From Squalus acanthias (taxonomy: Eukaryota): a DNA stretch of 64,000 nt. Below the pieces are notes generated by a model. That model did not search any database. It was not told the DNA's origin and saw only the letters and a list, made by a program, of their open reading frames with translations. The translations under genes were made by a program, and so were the position numbers. Below are positions 49,270 through 62,319 of the stretch, one piece after another. The stretch is from contig CM059432.1 of the NCBI GenBank assembly GCA_030390025.1, positions 120,654,001-120,718,000 on the forward strand, given 5' to 3'. Each line of letters starts with the position of its first letter. The first letter of the stretch is position 1.

Positions 49270-50730
49270 GGAGTAAGTATGGCATTTTCTACCGGCTGTC
49301 CACTGTATGTCATTATCATGGAAGAGAAGGAGGAGCAGCACAGGATTGAGCTAAGTAAAGTCCAGCACCATTTAAGGAGGATTCAGCCCATAAGGTATTA
49401 CCTGCCATTCACATGAAGAAATGTACAGGCAGGTCCTATGAGAACCTTTCTTTCTGTGCCTAAGTAGAGGGTGCTTCAGCAGAGAGGCAATAGGGCATCT
49501 CTGTGACTTGCTGCATGAAGACCTCAAGCCACGCTCATCTACCTGCTCTGTTCTCTCAGTGGCTACGAAGGTGACCACTGCTCTCAACTTCCACGGTGCA
49601 GGATCATTTCAGATAGCTTCAGAGACTCTCTGTAACATCAGCCAGGGAGCAGTACAGGCATGCATTCATCAGACCATCGATACCCTTTACATGAGAGCAG
49701 CCCAATTCATAATCTTTGGAATTACAGCAACGCAGCAGAGAGTTATGGCCACACAGTTTCCCCGAGACTTCCCCAAGGTCCAGGGTACAATTTTGGGTAC
49801 CCATATTTTTTGAGGATGCCCCAGAACAGACCCTCAGCTCCGTCAACAGGAAGGACCTCTACTTCCTCAATGTCAAGAACTGCATGTCAACACCTGAAGG
49901 TGCCATGATGCCTTCATCTTTTGTAATTCAGTCCTCCCTTAGTTCTACTATTTTGCTATCATTGCAAAGTGGACTCAATTGCCCTACTCTTTGCTAATGC
50001 TGCATTTCTCCTGGGTGCCGACACAGTCTTTTTATTAACTGTTCCAGCGCTCCCTCTAAGTGCTGCCTGAGGACCTGGGTCGCAAGAAATGTTTGGCTCC
50101 TTTTGTTGTACAGAAGGGTCAGGGGACTGAAGAGGCACTTGCTCTTGGGCAGCTTGGTGATGTCTCTCACGTTCCAATCATGTAGTGCTGTGAGGGGAAC
50201 ATTTGGAGGCCTGGCATGCGAATCATACAATCATACAGCACAGAAGGAGGCCATTCATCTCACCATGCCTGTGCCACCATGTGCTGCAGTCCTGAGTGAT
50301 GGCAGTGTCCTGCAGCTGTGACGCCTGGGTGGCTTGGCCCTCATCATCATCATCACCATCATACGCTTCACCAACAGCATCATCTTCCTCCTCCTATGCT
50401 GCCTGTTGCTGTTGTGGGTCTGCAGGAAAGGGGGTTAGAAGCTAAGAATGAGAGAGCGTTTAACCTGTGGGAATAAGGAGATGGAGAAAGGGGTGGACTG
50501 TTGTGGCTGTGTTGTGTTTCACTGGGATGCTAAGGTGACAGTGTAGGTGCAAAGTCAATAACCTGGAGCAGGCAGGATGTTGCCAACCTCGCCATCTCCC
50601 CTAGCTAGAGCCGAGTACCTCCACATGAGCTCCATGCCCTTCTCCTCAAAGGAGGCCAACTACTTAAAGTTGAGCAAGTCCGCTCTAGTGCCTTTCCTGC
50701 GATTTGCATTGTGTGCCAATTTGTCCTTCA
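49270..50730. pseudogene. Harbinger relic: transposase N-terminal half (+) and convergent Myb/SANT fragment (-)
   Basis: LCDLLHEDLKP...VATKVTTALNFHGAGSFQ...ISQGAVQACIHQ...FPKVQGTILGTHI (49500-49810); minus KDKLAHN...FEEKGMEL near 50620-50730; TIR-like TTTTCTACCCC at ~51280. Confidence 0.75.
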
Positions 50731-52080
50731 AAAGGTTAGAGTAAATGGGGTAGGAATTGGGCCTTTTGACTGATCTAAATAATTTGGGTGAGCTGCCCAT
50801 GGAGGTGCAACAGGTGGTGGCAGCTCACCCTTCAACATGAGCAAATTTTGGGGAACCTGCTCCACCGGCAGTGGTGGGAGGGTGGAGGAGTGAGGGAGGG
50901 GGACCATTCGCATCTGGCACTGGCAGTGGCCTAAGGAGTGCTCCTCCAGGCAACACATGAATTTAAACCTTTTTGTTGGTGGCTGGATTCTAGGCCATAT
51001 CCATGCCAGGTGAAGCTGAGCGGATCAGGCCCAGCACCTGATCCGCTCCACATGACACCAATTTCCTCAGTAGTCTTAAAACAGACGTTAGGCCCCTCCT
51101 TTACAAATGTAAAGGGTCTGTTTTCGATGGCTGACAGGGATGCCTGAAAGATCGTCTGACCTGATGTTGGGTCAGATGTCTTTCAGGCGTCTTTGGGGCA
51201 CTGTTGGTCCCCGAAATTGGGCTTCATTGCACTAGTTTTCCAGCCATAAAATGGACGCATTGAGGTCCATTTTCTACCCCAATGAGGTAAGATTGGAATT
51301 GAGAAATATGTGCCAAGTGGCACGGGAGAAGTGAAGTAAGTGATGTGGGATTATGAGGCTGTTAAAGTGGTGGAAGGAGTTTGAGGATTGTGCATGTAAA
51401 TAATTGCAGTGAGGGGAGCTGCGTAGTCATAGAGCAAGATGTGGAGGTTGTGCTGAAAGGCTTAAGAGGCTTCCTAAATACCCGAATAAGAATCCTTCTC
51501 TGTATTGTGTAGGTCTTTTGATTTATTTGGCCGCACATCCGGCAAAGTTACGGTGGCAGAGCAGGAGCAGCTCCAAGGAAATTCCTTGCCTTAACTTAAA
51601 TCTTCCCTATTGATCCCTGATCTATCAGCTGGTAAAGATGAGTAGGACTTTCTGGTTACTGCAAAATTGATAGGTGATTCAGGAGTCCGCCCCTTATTTT
51701 CTTTTCTGATGACCAGATGATTATATCTTGTAATATCAAAACTCAGCACTTCTACACTCCCAACATTGAGCCACATTTGGAAGGAGAACAAATACAACAC
51801 TCTGCAAAAGCGACAAACTCTGGAATCGCTTAATTTTGCCTTGTGTCTAAATGTCCCTGATAAATCTTTTGCAGCATTCTATCATACAAAGTTATTCAGT
51901 GTTACAGTCTTACTCCCTTTGTACATTATCCCATCTATATATCTGCTCTTTATAATTCCAATACTTTGAATGTCTGGAGAAACACTGGCCCTCAAATTCC
52001 AGATGCCCAGCGATGCAAAGCTCATGTTACCTGGCCAGGTGGGATGGAATCTGAGGTAGGGCACAATAACATAGAGACCC

Positions 52081-52593
52081 GGGGTGAAAAATTAGGTATC
52101 GCCCATTTTGGGGTGCTAATATCGGCCGGGCGCAAAGTTTAGCGCCCGGCGCTAATTATCGCCTCCGATTGCAAAATTTGCCTCTATCGCCCCATGAGTT
52201 GATTTGAGCACTAAATCAGGCACTACACACCTCTCTTAAGGCACAAACGTCAGGGAACGAGGTGTTACCTCAGAACGCTACCGAAGCTCAGGCGATGTCA
52301 TTTACCATGGAAGCCAGACAGACTGGCGCCATCCAGTTCTTAAAGGGGAGGGGACATCTTGCTGGCCAGCCACACCCTGCTCATTGCAGCCTTGAATCTC
52401 GGCCTGGAGAGACCTCTAAAACAATTGTGTTGGAAGCACTAATGGATAGGCCCAGGGAAAGAGCTCGGTGCTTAGGAACCTCAACAGTGGTGCTGAGGGC
52501 CATAACTCCTAGGACATCGTTAAATCTCTCCAGACATCTCTCTCCCTCACAACCTGTGCTAACGGGAGGCGCTAACCAACTGAATTTCCCCCC
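52081..52593. mobile_element. GC-rich MITE, deleted sibling of 38285-39176
   Basis: GGGGTGAAAATT / AATTTCCCCC ends; the first ~350 bp align by eye with 38285-38620. Confidence 0.8.
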
Positions 52594-52656
52594 ACCCCCA
52601 ACCCCCATCTCTTTCCACTTGACAAAAATATCAGCTGATTTAGGGTTGGACACAAT

Positions 52657-53157
52657 GGCCCTGAAATTAAACTTCGATGGTTGCCGCGGGGGTAAGGATC
52701 CGGCGCAATCTTACCTACCGCGCCTGCCTTTATGTTTCAGGCCCACACGAACTTCGGGTCCCGGGCCTTTCCCTGGTGCCGGCGCGCAGTGTGTGCGTGT
52801 CCCAGAGGCGCAGTTAGTTCGATGCGACCTCTGGGATCAGGTGGGCCAGTTAGAGCCAGTGGCAGCACACCATCTTTCATTCATAGATTTGACAGGAAGA
52901 GCTGTCAAAACTATGAATACAAATTGCCCCCAAAAGAACAACTAAACCTCAAATAAATTTTTTAAAAAACCATCACATTAATAAAATAACTATAGTTAAA
53001 TAAATTAACCACTTTAAACAAAAATTAAAATTTTTGAAAAAATTGAAGTGCCGGTTTCCCGCGCATGCGCAGTGCATGCAGGAAACCGGCACTTCGGGAC
53101 CGAATACGCGAGAGTACACAGTGCGTACTCTCCCATATTCAGCCGAAGTTTTGGCTC
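52657..53157. mobile_element. MITE related to 6579-7320 (opposite orientation)
   Basis: GGCCCTGAAATT / AAGTTTTGGCTC ends; shared palindromes TACGCGAGAGTAC...GTACTCTC and GCCGGTTT...AAACCGGC. Confidence 0.75.
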
Positions 53158-53562
53158 ATTATGATGTTATGCAAATGGAGGAAATATATCATTCTAAATA
53201 TTTTCCTCCATTTAAAGTTGTAAATACAAGTTGTTGTTTACACCTGAGCATTGCTGGTGCCACAGACATCTGTTGCATCTCTGGCATTCAGCATTTCTAA
53301 GGGTCTTGGGGAGGTTTCAATTCCAAATACTACACTAAAATCACTACCACCCTACCGAAGGCAGGTACTGCATTGGCGCTGTAACTGGCACAGGCACCCA
53401 CCCACAATATGAAAATAGCATTAATCCTGGAACCGTTCCTAACAAACCTCCTGCAGAATTTTGGATCTGGTTTATTTTACCTCTGGTTATGTTCCCATTA
53501 CTGATTCTTTGGGGATCTGAGAAATCTAATTCCTTTCTGTTTCAGTTCTGAATAATTTTAGT

Positions 53563-55990
53563 TTTTGAAGTGTAGTCACTGTTGTAATGTAGGAAACACG
53601 GCAGCCAATTTGCACACAGCAAGCTCCCACAAACAGCAATGTGATAATGACCAGATAATCTGTTTTTGTTATGTTGATTGAGGGATAAATATTGGCCAGG
53701 AAACCAGGGATAACTCCCCTGCTCTTCTTCGGAATAGTGCCACGGGATCTTTTACGTCCACCTTAGAGAGCAGACGGGGCCTCGGTTTAACATCTTATCC
53801 AAAAGACAACACCTCTGACAGTGCAGCACTCCCTCAGTACAGCACTGGGAGTGTCAGCCTAGATTTTTGTGCTCAAGTCTCTGGAGCAGGACTTGAACCC
53901 ACAATCTTCGGACTCAGAGGTGGGAGTGCTACCCACTTTTTAAAAAACTGTTATTATTTATTAACCATTAAAAACATTTACAGCATCGTGATCATTCCAT
54001 TGTATCATACAAATCCATTCCGCCACTCTGCACAGCCATTCCTCCACCACATATTAACATCAAAACCTGAAGTTTAATTTGTTTCCCATAACCTATTGTA
54101 CTTTAAAAATTGATCAATAATCATGGCTCCGAATAAAGGAAGTGTGCCTGATAATCCCCCCATCATTTAATCTCCGGCCCTTCCCTTCTCTCATGCTCCT
54201 TCCCAACTTTTCGGGCAGCTGTTGCTTTCTCCTGCAGCCTCCGGCACTTTTTCACCTCCTGTTTGAACCTTCCCTACAGTTTCAGCCACTTTCTTACATT
54301 AGGTTTGGGCCGAGGAGCTGCCCCTTCTCCCTCCTTCTGCCCCTCACTAACATTTCCCTTTCCACACGATGCCACCCCATGTCGCTGTCCCCCTCTGACT
54401 CCTCACTCTCGAGCTCTTCTGTAACCTCCCGTCCCTGTTCCCCATCAGATACATAATCTCACTTAGAGAGTCTTCCTGCTGTCACAGTTTCTCCAACAGT
54501 GCCGCTCCCTTTGGCCTCATCTCCACCGCTGATCCTTTCTCCCCGTTTCTTCGCTCTCTGGGACAATGGCACATCTGCACCTATCTTGCTCCTTTCTGAC
54601 GTGTTTGTCTCCCCACTCCCATCCTGCTGCCCCTTTAAGGCTCCTGCCTCTTGCACCCTCTCCTTGTCTTGCCCCCTCCTGCTCCCTGAGATGTCCGACT
54701 CCCCCTCTTTCTTTGGCGTACTTACACTTACCCCGCACCCCGCTCCCGCCTCCTCTCCCCCCACGGACACCAGATTCTTTAGGAAGAGCCGAGCCATATT
54801 ATGGCACAACTCTGCCCTCGACCCGTGCTGCCCGCTGCTGTCTTTGTCCTTTTCCTCCATACTTGGTGTGTTTTCCACCATTTCCATCCTGTTCTCTTCT
54901 CTGCAATTTTCTGCCTCTTCCTGCGCTCTTTTCTCCTTCCATTCATCAGCTGTGTCCTCCATCTGCTCCGCTCCTCCAGCTGCTCCACTCACACCTCCTG
55001 CTCCTTCTCCTTCTCCCATCTCCCATCTCCTCGTCACTCAAGGGGCTTCCTTCTGCCACACACTTACAGTGGGTGGGGCCTTTGTGACACACCCCACAGC
55101 TCTCCGCCTTGCAGCTCCGAGCGATGTTTCCAGACTCACCGCAGTTATAAAAGTACAAGTCTTCTTACAAGATGGTCATGTCCAAGACAATAATAACAAA
55201 CCTTCATCTGGTTATCATGCAGTACACAGAAGTACTGTACCCCTTCCATTGTCTCGAATTTCATGCTATACAGCAATGACCTCAGCCCCTCTGGGAACTG
55301 CACCTTTACATAACGGGTCCCATCTGCTATCCGCATTCCTGGATAGTATCTCCTCTTTATTGCCGAGCAAATTTTAATGTCCCATGACTCCAATATTTTT
55401 ATTAGCACATCGTCCTCAATATAAACCGGTTGGTTTAAGAATGAGACCACCACCTCTTCAGAATATAGCAGAGTTACCTCCACGAACTTATCTCTAACCT
55501 TCAAACTCAGTAAAAGTCTTTCCACCTCCTCTCGGCCACTGACCATCACTTCGAACCCAACATTCAGCTTTGGTCGGCAGGCAAAGCAGCTTCCCTCGCC
55601 GCAGTCCTCATGTACCGCCTGGATAATATCCCAAGCTCGTATCTCCTTATCCTCGCACTGAACCACCACCATGTTTTCTTTTCCAAACTTCCTGGGGTCC
55701 CGGCCCAAATTTTTGGGCCTTTTTTTCTCCCTTCCCCTAACATTTTCTCCCCTGATTAAATTCATCTTGGGAACATTGTCCTCTAAGGGGCCCGGAGTGC
55801 CGAGCCCCTCAGCAGCCATATGGCTGCTGTTTAAGGACCAAAAAGGCCTTAAAACCTGAAGAAAAACAAAACAAAACCCACCACCAACCTTTTACAAACT
55901 CACTCCAACTCCCTGTAGTAATCAAACACCCAGCAGCACCTGCTCACTCCTAGCCCCTCCCACCTAGAGGGTGCTACCCACTGAGCCACA
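53563..55990 (-). mobile_element. DeuSINE split in its head by Tx1 copy 2 (body 53563-53937, head remainder 55967-55990)
   Basis: Same core as 3343-3771; B-box GGTTCAAGTC; A-box TGGCTCAGTGGG beyond the insertion. Confidence 0.85.
53938..55966 (-). mobile_element. Tx1-clade retrotransposon, copy 2: 5' UTR, ORF1 and 3' end, lacking almost all of ORF2
   Basis: ORF1 55819-55145 continuing by frameshift into zinc knuckles (CYYCLGHDH; NCGESGNIARSC) and a charged tail; 3' ~180 bp match 3772-3960; TSD gggagtgctacccact (53922-53937) / gagggtgctacccact (55967-55982). Confidence 0.88.
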
Positions 55991-56289
55991 TCTAGTTAGA
56001 TACTGATTTGGTCAGAATAACCATGTAAGCTTAATTTTCATCATTTGCTTCTTCATGGCCTTTCCCATTCCAGTTCATTGTTCTTGATAATGCATTAGCA
56101 ATGTACATACATTTGCCTGGTATATATGATGTCTTCAGGTTATATCTCTATAGCCTGAACATCAGTTTTTGCATTTACAAAGAACTAACATTCAAAGTTG
56201 TGTCAATTATAAACTTGTGGTCCAATTCAACACTAATCTATGTCTGTGTACAAACTGATTGCACCCTTCAAAAGGAAAGGTAATGCGAA

Positions 56290-56880
56290 GTGATCGATTG
56301 CCACTGATCATCATATTTTTGCAGCGGCATGGTCCATAATCCCATCTCTGTTGCGTCAGCTGAAATTTTTATTGAACTTTCAGAACCCATAGAATTTCAA
56401 AACTGGCTCTGCATAAGCATCCCCTTTAAGTTTTCCCGTGTTTTCTTTGTGTTCATGATTCCAGCTCCATTCAGTAATCTTTCTGAATAGTTTTCTCAGA
56501 GGTGATGCTATTCCTGAGAGATTTGCAATGACTTGATCTGGATAATAGATCATGCCTAGGTGTTGAGGCACATCTTTATTACAATGTGGACATGCTATGT
56601 GCTTGATAGCTGAGGCTTTCATGTTGTCAGGCTTAATGCCTTTATTAGTGATGGTATCATCAACAAATGTCAGCTCAGTGACTCCAGATTAACATTTATC
56701 TTTATTACGTTTCAAATTGGCTCTTTTAGTCACTTCAAATAATTTCCAAAGACTAATGTCACATTCCTCTTTTGTCAAACCCCACACCATCATGTATCCA
56801 TTGATGTGTCAAAACCATTATTTTACTCATATATCATATAGATGGTATTGTGATACACTTCCAGAGCAGAAACAATGCCA
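56290..56880 (-). mobile_element. Degenerate Gypsy pol fragment (RT C-terminus to RNase H start)
   Basis: LKRNKDKC...GIKPDNMKASAI...LGMIYY...SPLRKL...WSW...PVLKFY...ISADA. Confidence 0.7.
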
Positions 56881-57269
56881 AAAGGGAAGTCATAAGAACT
56901 ATTGAAAGTGTATACCTTTTAACTTAGCCAGCATTTTTCTAACGTTGTGCTCCCTCATGGTCATTGCATACTCGAATTTCTGTTATGCGGCTCAGCAGGA
57001 AAGAGTCCCTCCAGGATTCTGAAGTCAGAATATAACCACTCGTGTTTCATTCAGGTTCATTTTTATAAATTTGAGAATGCATCTAACTTAATCAAATGCT
57101 TTACATTCTAAAGCTTTTCTAGAATTTCCTAATGAGTTGGAGCATTGCAACGTTGCTTTTTAATAGCCTTGTTTGAAGAAAATTTGCAATGTTACTGTTC
57201 CTTTAGTAAAATATTACTAAGTGAGTTGATCCAGTTTGTTGATTCATCCATCTACTTTATGACATCTAA

Positions 57270-58150
57270 GGCTGGAATTTTGCCCTAAAGGAATGGGTGG
57301 GTTTGGAGCATGGGTGCAGTTAAATTGTTAAAAATGGGATTCCCGCCCTGATCCCATCTCCAACCTGCCCACTTCCGGTTTTAACGGTGGCGGGACAGGG
57401 GCGGGGTGGGGGGTGGGTGACTAACCCACTCCCAGGAGGCGGGATGTCGATGTAAATATTATAATGAGGCTGGAAGCCTCTTTTCCCCCGTCCATGTTGA
57501 ATTTAACTGCCTGGGGACGGGTTTCACACAATTTGTGAAACCTGGCAGTTAAACCGAGGCGGGGACTGTTGGATCCAGGAGGTAAGTGGCTTTACACCTA
57601 GCTCTTGGATCCAGGGTCCTGACCGTACCCATCCTCCGCGATCAGAGATCCCCTCACGAGGCCTCCGATCACCCCCCGTAGGCCCTCCAATCGCCACCAT
57701 GAGGCCTCCCCCCACATCCCACCGATGATGCTGAGGCCGGCCACAATCCTCTGGTGGCTGGCACAGATCCACTCTCCCCCCCTGCCGATACCCGACCCCA
57801 CCGATCTCCGGCCGCCTCCCCCCACCCCCCGCCGATCCTCCAACCTCCACCCCCCTTGCCGATCCCTAGCCGACTCACCCCCTGCCGATCCTCCAACCGC
57901 CCACCCATCAATCCCTGGCCGATGCCACCATACACCGATGCTCTGGCCGATCCCTCCCCCCCCGGTCAACACCCCCATCGCCCCCCTGCGATCCCCAATC
58001 CTCCATTGCCGATTCCCGACCCCACCCCGCGATCCCCCAATCCTCCATTTCCGATTCCCGATCCCCCCCTGCAATCCCCGATCCTCCATTGCCGATTCCC
58101 GACCCCACCCCGTGATCCCCCAATCCTCCATTGCCAATTCCTGACCCAAT
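57270..58150. mobile_element. MITE, C-rich-core family, right end missing
   Basis: Left arm matches the siblings (CACTTCCGGTTTTAAC, ATATTATAATGAGGCTG); the core carries ~32-bp tandem units at 57985-58140. Confidence 0.65.
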
Positions 58151-58227
58151 TTCTGGGATGTATGCTCCCATTACACATCTTTTCCATCGGGATAAGATAG
58201 ACACATATAAATGAGTCACACCCTTTT

Positions 58228-58388
58228 GGCTGCTACTTGTGGGAGCTTACTGTGCACAAATTGGCTGCTGCATTTCCCACATTACAACAGTGACTCCACT
58301 TCAAAAGTACTTCATTGGCTGTAAAGCACTTTGAGACGTACGGCGGTCATGAAAGGCGCTATATAAATGCAAGTCTTTCTTTCTTTTC
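58228..58388 (+). mobile_element. DeuSINE 3' fragment
   Basis: GTGGGAGCTT...TTCCCACATTACAACAGTGAC...GAAAGGCGCTATATAAATGCAAGTCTTTCTTTC. Confidence 0.85.
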
Positions 58389-58419
58389 TGATCCGACCAG
58401 CAGAAGTGAACATCTTAAA

Positions 58420-61400
58420 GGTCATTCTGCAAATAAGGTGAAAGCAGGGAATAATGGCAAAAAGTTAAAATTAAAGGCTTTTTGTCAGAATGCATGAAGC
58501 ATTCGTAACAAGATAGAAGAATTAATGGCACAAAAAGAGATAAATGGGTTTGATCTAATAGCTTTTGGAAAAGACAGACAGAATTGAAAAGGAGGATCTT
58601 GGTTTGGAAGATCAGGAAGTAGAATCAGTATGGGTGGAGATAAGGAATAACAAGGGGCATAAAACACTGGTGGGAGTAGTTTATAGGCCCCCTAACAGTA
58701 GCTATACCATTGTACAGAGTATTAATCAAGAAATAATAGGAGCTTTTAACAAAATAATGCAATAATTGTGGGGGACTTTAATCTTCATATAGACTGGGCA
58801 AATCAAATTGGCAAAGGTAGTCTGGAGGACGAGTTCATAGAATGCATTTGAGACAGATTCCTAGAACAATACATCATGGAACCAACCAGGGAACAGGCTA
58901 TTTTAGATTTTGTATTGTGTAATGAGACAGGGTTAATTAGTAATCTCATAGTAAAGGATGCTTTGGGGCAGAGAGATCATAATATGATAGAATTTCACTG
59001 AGTTTGAGAGTGGTATACTTAAGTAGGAAACTGGGGGGATAAATTCCATTGCATTTTGGCTCGCTAACATCGCCTGGGCGCTAAATTTAATGCCCGGCGA
59101 AAAATAGCACCAGCGATCGCTAACTTCAGTTTTAGCGCCCCAAGAGGGATGTGGAGCGCTAATTCAAAATATCGGGGCGGTGCGTTCTGCAGCGCTACGC
59201 ACTTGGCCACGTAGTGCTGCCGCATGGAAGGGCTCTTTCCCTCATTAAAGGGGAGGGCCCAAGCCCACAGCTCTGCGGGGCCCTACCTGGACCACCGGGG
59301 TGCCGTATCAGCAGCCCAGCACTAAAGAGGAGTGCCGGGCTGCCAGATCACGACACGGGCCCTGTGATCAAAGATGCAACGGGCCACGAGAAGTAAGTCG
59401 GACGTTTTTTCCCCCCACCCGCCACCTCCCTTTTAGTTAGTGTCCTGCGAGCCTCCTGCCGCTCCGTTCCCGCCCCCTGAATTGGTCGCTGTCATCGCCC
59501 GGCACAGATTCAGGGGACGTGGGCGAATTTTACAGGAGAGGTGAAAACGGGGCGCTGCGCATGGTGATGACATCATCACCTGCGTAGTGGAGTGGGGCGT
59601 GACCAGTTACCGCTGCTGCTAAACTCCCATGCCTGGGCGAAAAGTTGTTTGCGCCCCATTCATGCCCACCGGGGGCGCGAACGAGAGGAGCAAATACACC
59701 GAATTTCTAGCCCTCGGGTCTTAAACTTAAATAAAGTCAATTTCTGAAGGTAGATGAGGAAATTAGATTAAAAGGTATGACGGTAGATAAACAGTGGTAA
59801 CCATTTAAAGAAATATTCCAAAATTCTCAATGAATATACATTCCATTGAGAAATAAAAACTCCACGGGAAAAGTGATCCATCCATGGCTAACTAAAGAAG
59901 TTAAGGATAGTATTAGATTAAAAGAAGAGGCTTATAATGTTGCAAAGAATAGTAGTAAGCCTAAGGATTGGGAGAGCTTTAGAAACCAGCAAAGGATGAC
60001 CAAAAAATTGCTAAAAAGGGAAAAAATAGTATATGAGAGTAAACTAGTAGCAAGAAATATAAAAGCAGATTGTAAGAGCTTCTACAAGTATGTAAAAAGG
60101 AAGAGAGTAGCAAAAGTAAATGTTGGTCGCTTAGAGGCTGAGTCAGGATGAATTATATTGTGGAACAAGGAAATGGCAGAGACTTTAAACAAATATTTTG
60201 TATCTGTCTTTATAATAGAAGACACAAAAAGCACACTAAAAATAACGGGGAACCAAGGGACTAATGAGGGTGAGGAACATAATGTAATTAATATCAGTAG
60301 AGAAAAAGTACTAGAGAATCTAATGGGACTAAAAGCTGACAAATCCCCTGGACCCGATAGCCTACATCTTAGAGTTCTAAAAGAGGTGGCTGAAGAGATA
60401 ATGGATGGATTGGTTTTGATCTTCCAAAATTCCCTAGATTCTAGAATGGTCCCAGCGGATTGGAAGGTCGCAAATGTAACCTCGCTATTCAAGAGAGGAA
60501 AGAGAGAGAAAACAGAGAACTACAGGCCAGTTAGCCTGACATCAGTTGTTGGGAAAATGCTGGAATCCATTATTAAGGAAGTAGTAACAGGGCACTTAGA
60601 AAATCATAATATGATTTGGCAGAGTCAAATGGTTTTATGAAAGGGAAATCATGTTTGAAAAATGTATTAGAGTTTTTTGAGGATGTAACTAGCAGGGTAG
60701 ATAAAGGGGAACCAGTGGATGTAGTATATTTGGATTTCCAAAAGGCATTCGATAAGGTGCCACATAAAAGGTTGTTATGCAAGATAAGGGCTCATGGGGT
60801 TGGGGGTAATATATTAAGCCTGGAAAGAAAATTGGTTAACGGACAGAAAAAAGAGAGTAGGAATAAATGGGTCATTTTCAGTTTGGCAGGCTGTAACTAG
60901 TGGGGTGCCACAAGGATCAGTGCTTGGGCCTCAACATTTATAATCTATATTAATGACTTAGATGAAGGGACCAAGTGTATTGTATCCAAGTTTGCTGATG
61001 ATACAAAGCTAGGTGGGAAAGTAAGCTGTGAGGAGGACACAAAGAGCCTGCAAAGGGATATAGATAGATTAAGTGAGTGGGCAATAAGATGGCAGATGAA
61101 GTATAATGTATGGAAATGTGAGGTTATTCACTTTGGTAGGAAGAATAAAAAACAGAATATTTTTTAAATGGTGAGAAGCCATTAAATGTTGGTGTTCAGA
61201 GAGATTTAGGTGTCCTCGTACAGGAAACACAGAAAGTTAACAATCAATTCGGAAGGCAAATTACATGTTGGCCTTTATTGCAAGGGGGTTGGAATACAAT
61301 AGTAAATAATTCTTGCTACAATTGTACAGGGCTTTGGTAAGACCACACCTGGAGTACTGTGCACAGTTTTGGTCTCCTTATCTGAGGATGGATGTACTTT

Positions 61401-61917
61401 CCTTAGAGGCAGTGCAACGGAAATTCACTAGATTGATTTCTGGGATGAGAGGATTGTCCTATGAGGAGAGATTGAGTAGAGTGGGCCTATACTCTGGAGT
61501 TTAGAGGAATGAGAGGTGATCTCATTGAAATGTATAAGATTTTTTTTTATTCATTCACATGATGTAGGCGGATTGACAGATTAGATGCTGAGAGATTGTT
61601 TCCCCTGGCTGGAGATTCTAGAACAAGGGGCATAGCCTCAGGATAAGGGGTCATCCTTTTAAGATTGAGATGAGGAGGAATTTCTTCACTCAGAGGGTTG
61701 TGAATCTTTGGGTTTCTGTATCCCAAAGGGCTGTGGATGCTGAGTCATTGAGTGTATTCAAGGCTGAGATAGATAGATTTTTGGACTCATGGAGAATCAA
61801 GGGATATGGGGATCGGGCGGGAAAGTGGAGTTGATCGAACCATGATCTTATTGAATGGTGGAGCAGGCTCGAGGGGCCATATGGCCTACTCCTTATTCTT
61901 ATGTTCTTATGTTCTTA
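58420..61917 (+). mobile_element. Degenerate CR1 LINE (ORF2 endonuclease and RT)
   Basis: VWVEIRN...VYRPPNS, KSPGPD, NYRPVSLTSVVGK, FADD; (TTCTTATG) tail; many stops and frameshifts. Confidence 0.92.
59034..59713. mobile_element. GC-rich MITE nested in CR1
   Basis: GGGGGATAAATTC / GAATTTCTAGCCC ends; interrupts CR1 at ET-RVLNLNK. Confidence 0.8.
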
Positions 61918-61935
61918 TCAAATTACAGGAATATG

Positions 61936-62122
61936 GGGGGCAGATTTTTGTCTTCACTGTCTGGGCAATGATATGGCAGAGTAGATCGCCCGCCCATTAT
62001 CAAACCCACCTAATATTCATGACATTGAACTCAATGGAATGAAAATCAGGTAGGTTCTATAAATGATGGTTGATCTGCCCTGCCAGATTATCACCCAGAT
62101 TGTGGAGATAAAGATCTACTGC
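61936..62122. mobile_element. Short fold-back MITE
   Basis: Imperfect inverted arms; flanks ATG/ATG; loop TCAATGGAATGAAAATC resembles 44118-44302. Confidence 0.55.
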
Positions 62123-62319
62123 ATGGAAAATATGTCAAATTAAAAGAGGACATAATTGCTATAAAAAATGCATAGCCAGTGCCACTTCGAGAGCTGCTTC
62201 ACCCATAGTGATTCCTTTGCACGTATATGAAGAAAAAAAAGAGAAAACACTGGGAAAATTAAACAGAATTGTGCTGGTTGTTCATTTAAGTACTTTTGGA
62301 TCAAATCTTCAGCCTTAAT

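Noticed and set aside
49508..49813. Possible host HARBI1 gene
   Set aside because: Truncated and frameshifted, with a convergent Myb/SANT remnant; a transposon relic.
51513..51631. Possible plus-strand exon downstream of the CpG island
   Set aside because: Stops in all three frames; it could only be untranslated and cannot be supported.
55145..55819. Possible host ZCCHC3-like gene
   Set aside because: It lies inside a TSD-flanked element, is frameshifted, and has a second decayed copy; it is Tx1 ORF1.
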